From Hamiltosporidium tvaerminnensis FI-OER-3-3 (Eukaryota; Fungi; Microsporidia): a stretch of DNA of 64,000 nucleotides. Under the pieces are notes generated by a model that saw only the letters and a program-made list of their open reading frames with translations, did no database searches and was not told the origin of the DNA. Below are positions 60,175-64,000 of the stretch, piece after piece (positions within the stretch are counted from its first letter, which is position 1; the number at the start of each line of letters is the position of its first letter). The stretch covers positions 2,294,001-2,358,000 of the forward strand of contig JAKIMF020000001.1 in NCBI GenBank assembly GCA_022605425.2. The letters are read 5' to 3'. The position numbers and the translations under genes are program-made.

Positions 60175-61050
60175 ATGAAAATAAACGATGCACCTTCTGA
60201 TTCGATTTCAGATATAAAATTTAACAAAAACTTATTAGTTACATCATGGGACAAGATTATAAGACTATACGATATAAACGAAAACAAACAAATAATGAAA
60301 TTAACAACTGAGTATCCAATTCTTAAAGGTATTTTTAAATCAGATACCGAATGTGTAATAGGAGATGTCAAGGGAAACATTAATTTTATAGATATCGAAA
60401 GACAATTACTCACAAACAATATATGTGTAGACAGGGGTATACAGTGTTTATACAAACACAACAGTGCATTTTTATGTGGTGGATGGAGTAAAAAAATATA
60501 TTTTTTTGACGATCAAAAAGTATTTTTAGAAAAAAATTTACCTGAAAAGATTGTGTGTTCAGATATTAAAGACGACAAAATAATAATTGGAATGAACAAT
60601 CGTGTTAGTATTTACGATATTAGAAACTTTAATAATCCTATAAAAGATACAGAATACAAAGATACAATTATAAGAAGTATAAGTTTTGGTATAAAAGATA
60701 TTGATTATTGTTTTGGTACAGTAAATGGAAAAATACGAGTAGAATTTTCTAATCAGAAAAATAATTTTTCTTTTAATTCTAATTACCAACCAAATAATAA
60801 TTTCAAATTGATGTATCCAATCAATCATATTGAGTTTAATGAAGATAGACTCATTGTTGGTGGTTCTGATGGTTTGATATCAGAAATAGATGTTTATAAA
60901 AAGAAAAGAACAAAAACCATTTTCAAAGGAAATACTGGTATTTCATGTTTTGTTATAAATAATGATAAAATAATTATCGGTTGTTCATATTTATATGAAA
61001 AAGGAAATATTGAACATCTACCGAGCTCAATACACGTAGTAAATATTTAA
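60175..61050 (+). CDS. BUB3: WD40 protein of the Bub3/Rae1 family, likely spindle checkpoint Bub3
   Basis: PSDSISDIKF, LLVTSWD..IRLYD, GGWSK, YDIRN, GKIRVE, YPIN, GGSDG and SYLYE. CCC lies upstream. Confidence 0.8.
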   Translation: MKINDAPSDSISDIKFNKNLLVTSWDKIIRLYDINENKQIMKLTTEYPILKGIFKSDTECVIGDVKGNINFIDIERQLLTNNICVDRGIQCLYKHNSAFLCGGWSKKIYFFDDQKVFLEKNLPEKIVCSDIKDDKIIIGMNNRVSIYDIRNFNNPIKDTEYKDTIIRSISFGIKDIDYCFGTVNGKIRVEFSNQKNNFSFNSNYQPNNNFKLMYPINHIEFNEDRLIVGGSDGLISEIDVYKKKRTKTIFKGNTGISCFVINNDKIIIGCSYLYEKGNIEHLPSSIHVVNI

Positions 61051-61180
61051 GAATAAAAATGAAAATGATATATTAAACAACCACCGATTTCAATACAGGT
61101 AGTAAATATTTAAAAATAAAAATAAAAATAAAATATTAAACAACCACCGAGCTAAATACACGTAGTAAGAATTTAAAAAT
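61021..61180 (+). repeat. 63-bp tandem triplication of the BUB3 last codons, stop and AATAAA
   Basis: CCGAGCTCAATACACGTAGTAAATATTTAA variants start at 61021, 61084 and 61147. Confidence 0.9.
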
Positions 61181-61330
61181 ATATTTTTATTTTATAAAAG
61201 AATCTCTATCGTTAAAAAATTAAATTATTCATTCATATTTGAAGAAAAATTTTATTACCTAAAATTTAATTTAATTAATAAAAATTCTCGATAATAAAAA
61301 ATTATTAAAAATATATTTATTATAAGTCAG

Positions 61331-61729
61331 CAAATACCCATAAATGTAGAGGCATACATTCAGTCCATAGTACTTAAGAAAACAGTCGAAATGATTTCCT
61401 TCGATCGACGAAGAGGAATTAAGTCAGGACCAAGTACCGAAGAGAGCTGGGAAAGAGCGTCATTAAGTGTTATTATAGGAGCTGAGATGCAAAAACAGCC
61501 AACACCCCCCTTAAAAGAAGTGAAGAACGAGGAAGATAGTGTTAAACAAGTAAATTCAAAAAATGTTTTACCCCTTATTTTAGATGACGTAACCAGACCA
61601 GAGGAACCGACGATAGACACTAATGATAAATCGGATGTAGAAAAAGAGAATAAAGTGGTTAAAGTGATGGAAGAAATTAGTTAAACGAGAGAAAATTTGT
61701 TAACCCAGAATTTTATTAAATAAAAATAC
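61331..61729 (+). mobile_element. Heavily 5'-truncated R4-like copy (399 bp)
   Basis: Matches the last ~115 codons plus the 3' UTR (AACCCAGAATTTTATTAAATAAAAAT). 11-bp TSD TTATAAGTCAG at 61320-61330 and 61730-61740. Confidence 0.92.
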
Positions 61730-61831
61730 TTATAAGTCAGAAAAAGAAGTGAATAACTGTAATCAAACTTTATTTACTCACCTAATAAACCATACAATAC
61801 CAAGTAACAAATATCTGTAATCTAATTTCAA

Positions 61832-63148
61832 TCATCGAATAAACCATTCAATACCAACTGACAATGAAAAAAAAGTTACAAGAAACTTAAAATCCAAATA
61901 TTTAAAACACCACACCTGTGACAAAACAGTAAGAAACAAAATATTTAAAGCAATCTGTTCACACTTAACAGATTCATCTTTCTTATAATTTAAATAAACA
62001 TTATAAAAAATATTATTATATCTACAAATATAGCAATGTCTCAAACAATCTATAAATATTTTAGAACCAAATACTACACACATAGGATATATCATTCTAT
62101 TAAAAGAAGAAACAACAGATTCATTTACTTCTGAATCATCAATATTACTGAATAAAATAATTATCAAATAAATAAAAATATTAAATCTTTTTGAAATATC
62201 GGATGACAAAATATTAAATAAAGATTTTGTATCTATTTTTTTAAAAATATTGCTTTTCAATTCTACGAAATGGTTAGAAATAAGAAGAGAATATAAATTA
62301 TTTCTTGAACCGTTTATACTCACGTGTAGTGTTATATATTGAATGTATAAAATACCCGTTTGTATTATATTTGCTATAAAATATACAGAACAAATACATA
62401 AATATTTTAAATTCCATTCTTTCATATTTTGATACTTCAATGGTTTTTCACAATAAATTTCTTTATCGTAAACACACATCTCACTCTCTTTATAACAACA
62501 GTCTTTATTATAATCATTATCTTTCATTGGTGGTATGTCAATATTATTTTTAAAGAAATCTTCACAGTCTCTCTTATAACAAGTATTGTTATTATAATCA
62601 CTATCTTTCATTGGTGGTATATCAATATTATTTTTAAAGAAATCTTCACAGTCTCTCTTATAACAAGTATTGTTATTATAATCATTATCTTTCATTGGTG
62701 GTATATCAATATTATTTTTAAAGAAATTTTCACAATCCTTTCTATATTTACTATCTTTCATACACGTACATGTTTTGGTAGAGGAAATATTGAAATAAGA
62801 AATACTTAGAAGTACTTTGGTTACATCATTTAAAATGACACCAACAAGCTTGTCTGCAACTTCTAAAACATTAAAAAGTACATATAATTTCATAACCCCT
62901 TGTAACCGTATATAATGATATATCTCAGCTGGATTTAAAATTCGAAACAATAAAAATCCAAATAAAACAGTAAAACTTTGTATAATTTGTACATTAGAAA
63001 TACATTTACGTTTATAAAATAAACACAAAATTGTATATAAAATATTATTAAATTTTCTTATAAATTTTTTAGTTTCATTTTTCATTTCTATAAATATTCT
63101 TGTTTCTAAATATCTTGGAACGTAAATGTACGAATATAATTCTTCCAT
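61832..63148 (-). CDS. TAPT1: TAPT1/Emp65 (DUF747) family membrane protein
   Basis: IYHYIRLQGVMKLYVLFNVLEVADKL, LLISNHFVELKSNIFKK and IFIDCLRH, with several TM segments. CCC lies upstream. Confidence 0.85.
   Translation of the reverse strand: MEELYSYIYVPRYLETRIFIEMKNETKKFIRKFNNILYTILCLFYKRKCISNVQIIQSFTVLFGFLLFRILNPAEIYHYIRLQGVMKLYVLFNVLEVADKLVGVILNDVTKVLLSISYFNISSTKTCTCMKDSKYRKDCENFFKNNIDIPPMKDNDYNNNTCYKRDCEDFFKNNIDIPPMKDSDYNNNTCYKRDCEDFFKNNIDIPPMKDNDYNKDCCYKESEMCVYDKEIYCEKPLKYQNMKEWNLKYLCICSVYFIANIIQTGILYIQYITLHVSINGSRNNLYSLLISNHFVELKSNIFKKIDTKSLFNILSSDISKRFNIFIYLIIILFSNIDDSEVNESVVSSFNRMIYPMCVVFGSKIFIDCLRHCYICRYNNIFYNVYLNYKKDESVKCEQIALNILFLTVLSQVWCFKYLDFKFLVTFFSLSVGIEWFIR
62503..62762 (-). 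repeat. In-frame 84-bp repeat x3 (28 aa, DCEDFFKNNIDIPPMKD..) in TAPT1
   Basis: TCTTTCATTGGTGGTAT at 62520, 62604 and 62688. Confidence 0.92.
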
Positions 63149-63344
63149 AAAAAAAGGGTATTTTTAGATTTTTTAAAAATTATATTTTTTATATTTTTAA
63201 ATTTTTTTTTTTTGTAAAGGAGTTTTTAGTTTATAAATGATTGGTAGATAATAAATTTGTTTTTGTGATAAAACTGTTTTTTTTAAAAGATTGATTAACA
63301 GATAATAAATTTATCAAATTAGAAATTCAAACCAAAAAAAAAGA

Positions 63345-63700
63345 CATAAATGAATAAAAAAAGAAATAAATAGAAATATAAAAGAATAAATTTTTAAAAA
63401 TAGGAATAATTAGAAATATAAAAAGAAGAAATTTTTAAAAAAAGTAATAAATAGAAATATAAAAGAAGAAATTTTTAAAAGAGTTATACTTTAAAAATGA
63501 AATAAAAAAATGAAATAAATAGAAATATGAAAGAAGAAATTTTTAAAGAATTATACTATTAAAAATAGGAATAAAAAAAAGGAATTAGTAAGGTATAAAT
63601 GAAAAATTGTAAGAAAATAGAATTGAAAATAAATTAGAAATAGAAAATAGAAATGGAAATGGAAGTAGAAGTAAAAAATAGAAAATAGAGATAGAAACCA
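63345..63700. repeat. A-rich ~41-bp tandem repeat and AAATAG-type microsatellite upstream of TAPT1
   Basis: TAGAAATATAAAAGAAGAAATTTTTAAA about four times, followed by GAAATA/GAAAATA repeats. Confidence 0.75.
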
Positions 63701-64000
63701 TGTAAATAAATATAATAAACTAAAATATAAATAAAAATAAATGTTCTATTTCATTTTAAATTACAATATTATTTATTTATTAAATATTTTAATAAAAATT
63801 GGTTATTTCTTAAGTTTTTGAATAGTTTTTAATCTGAAAAATTCTTCTCTGTCATGTTCATCCAATTCTGCATTTATATAAGAAATAGTATTATTAAGTT
63901 TAGGAATTAAAAGAAATTCAAGAGCATTTACACGTCGATTTGTACTTTTAAGAACTTCATTTAAAATCTTAAAAGAATTTTGTAGAGTGGCAACTTCTAT

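Noticed and set aside
1-64000. tRNA or rRNA genes
   Set aside because: No cloverleaf with a T-loop GTTCRA in context and no rRNA conserved blocks were recognised by eye. tRNAscan/barrnap would be needed to exclude them fully.

Overview
Very AT-rich, gene-sparse eukaryotic DNA that reads as a large-genome microsporidian, resembling Hamiltosporidium (inference). Support: compact, almost intron-free genes, a CCC-like motif just upstream of most ATGs, and a 23-nt GTAAGT..TAA..AG intron. Housekeeping genes: Dom34/pelota, adenosine kinase, HMG-CoA reductase, an exosome RNase PH subunit, Pol delta small subunit, PMS1, RAD50, IWS1, RPL23A, SRP receptor alpha, CDK1, BUB3-like and TAPT1-like. There is also an intron-split cold-shock-domain gene that the ORF track only half recovered, and two lineage-specific genes. 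The most striking system is an apparent retroelement pair. The first member is an R4/Dong-like RT+RLE non-LTR element: one intact copy with a 14-bp TSD and only a 4-nt 5' leader, plus truncated, nested and decayed copies. The second is a ~730-nt, GC-richer, hairpin-rich non-coding element present at least 6-7 times. It has a fixed 5' end, 8-13-bp TSDs, no tRNA/5S/7SL head, and a 3' AAATAAA-containing hairpin similar to that of the LINE. A second recurring pattern is tandem duplication of the last codons plus stop of several genes (RAD50, IWS1, BUB3, TAPT1), together with in-frame minisatellite expansions inside PMS1, RAD50, IWS1 and TAPT1.
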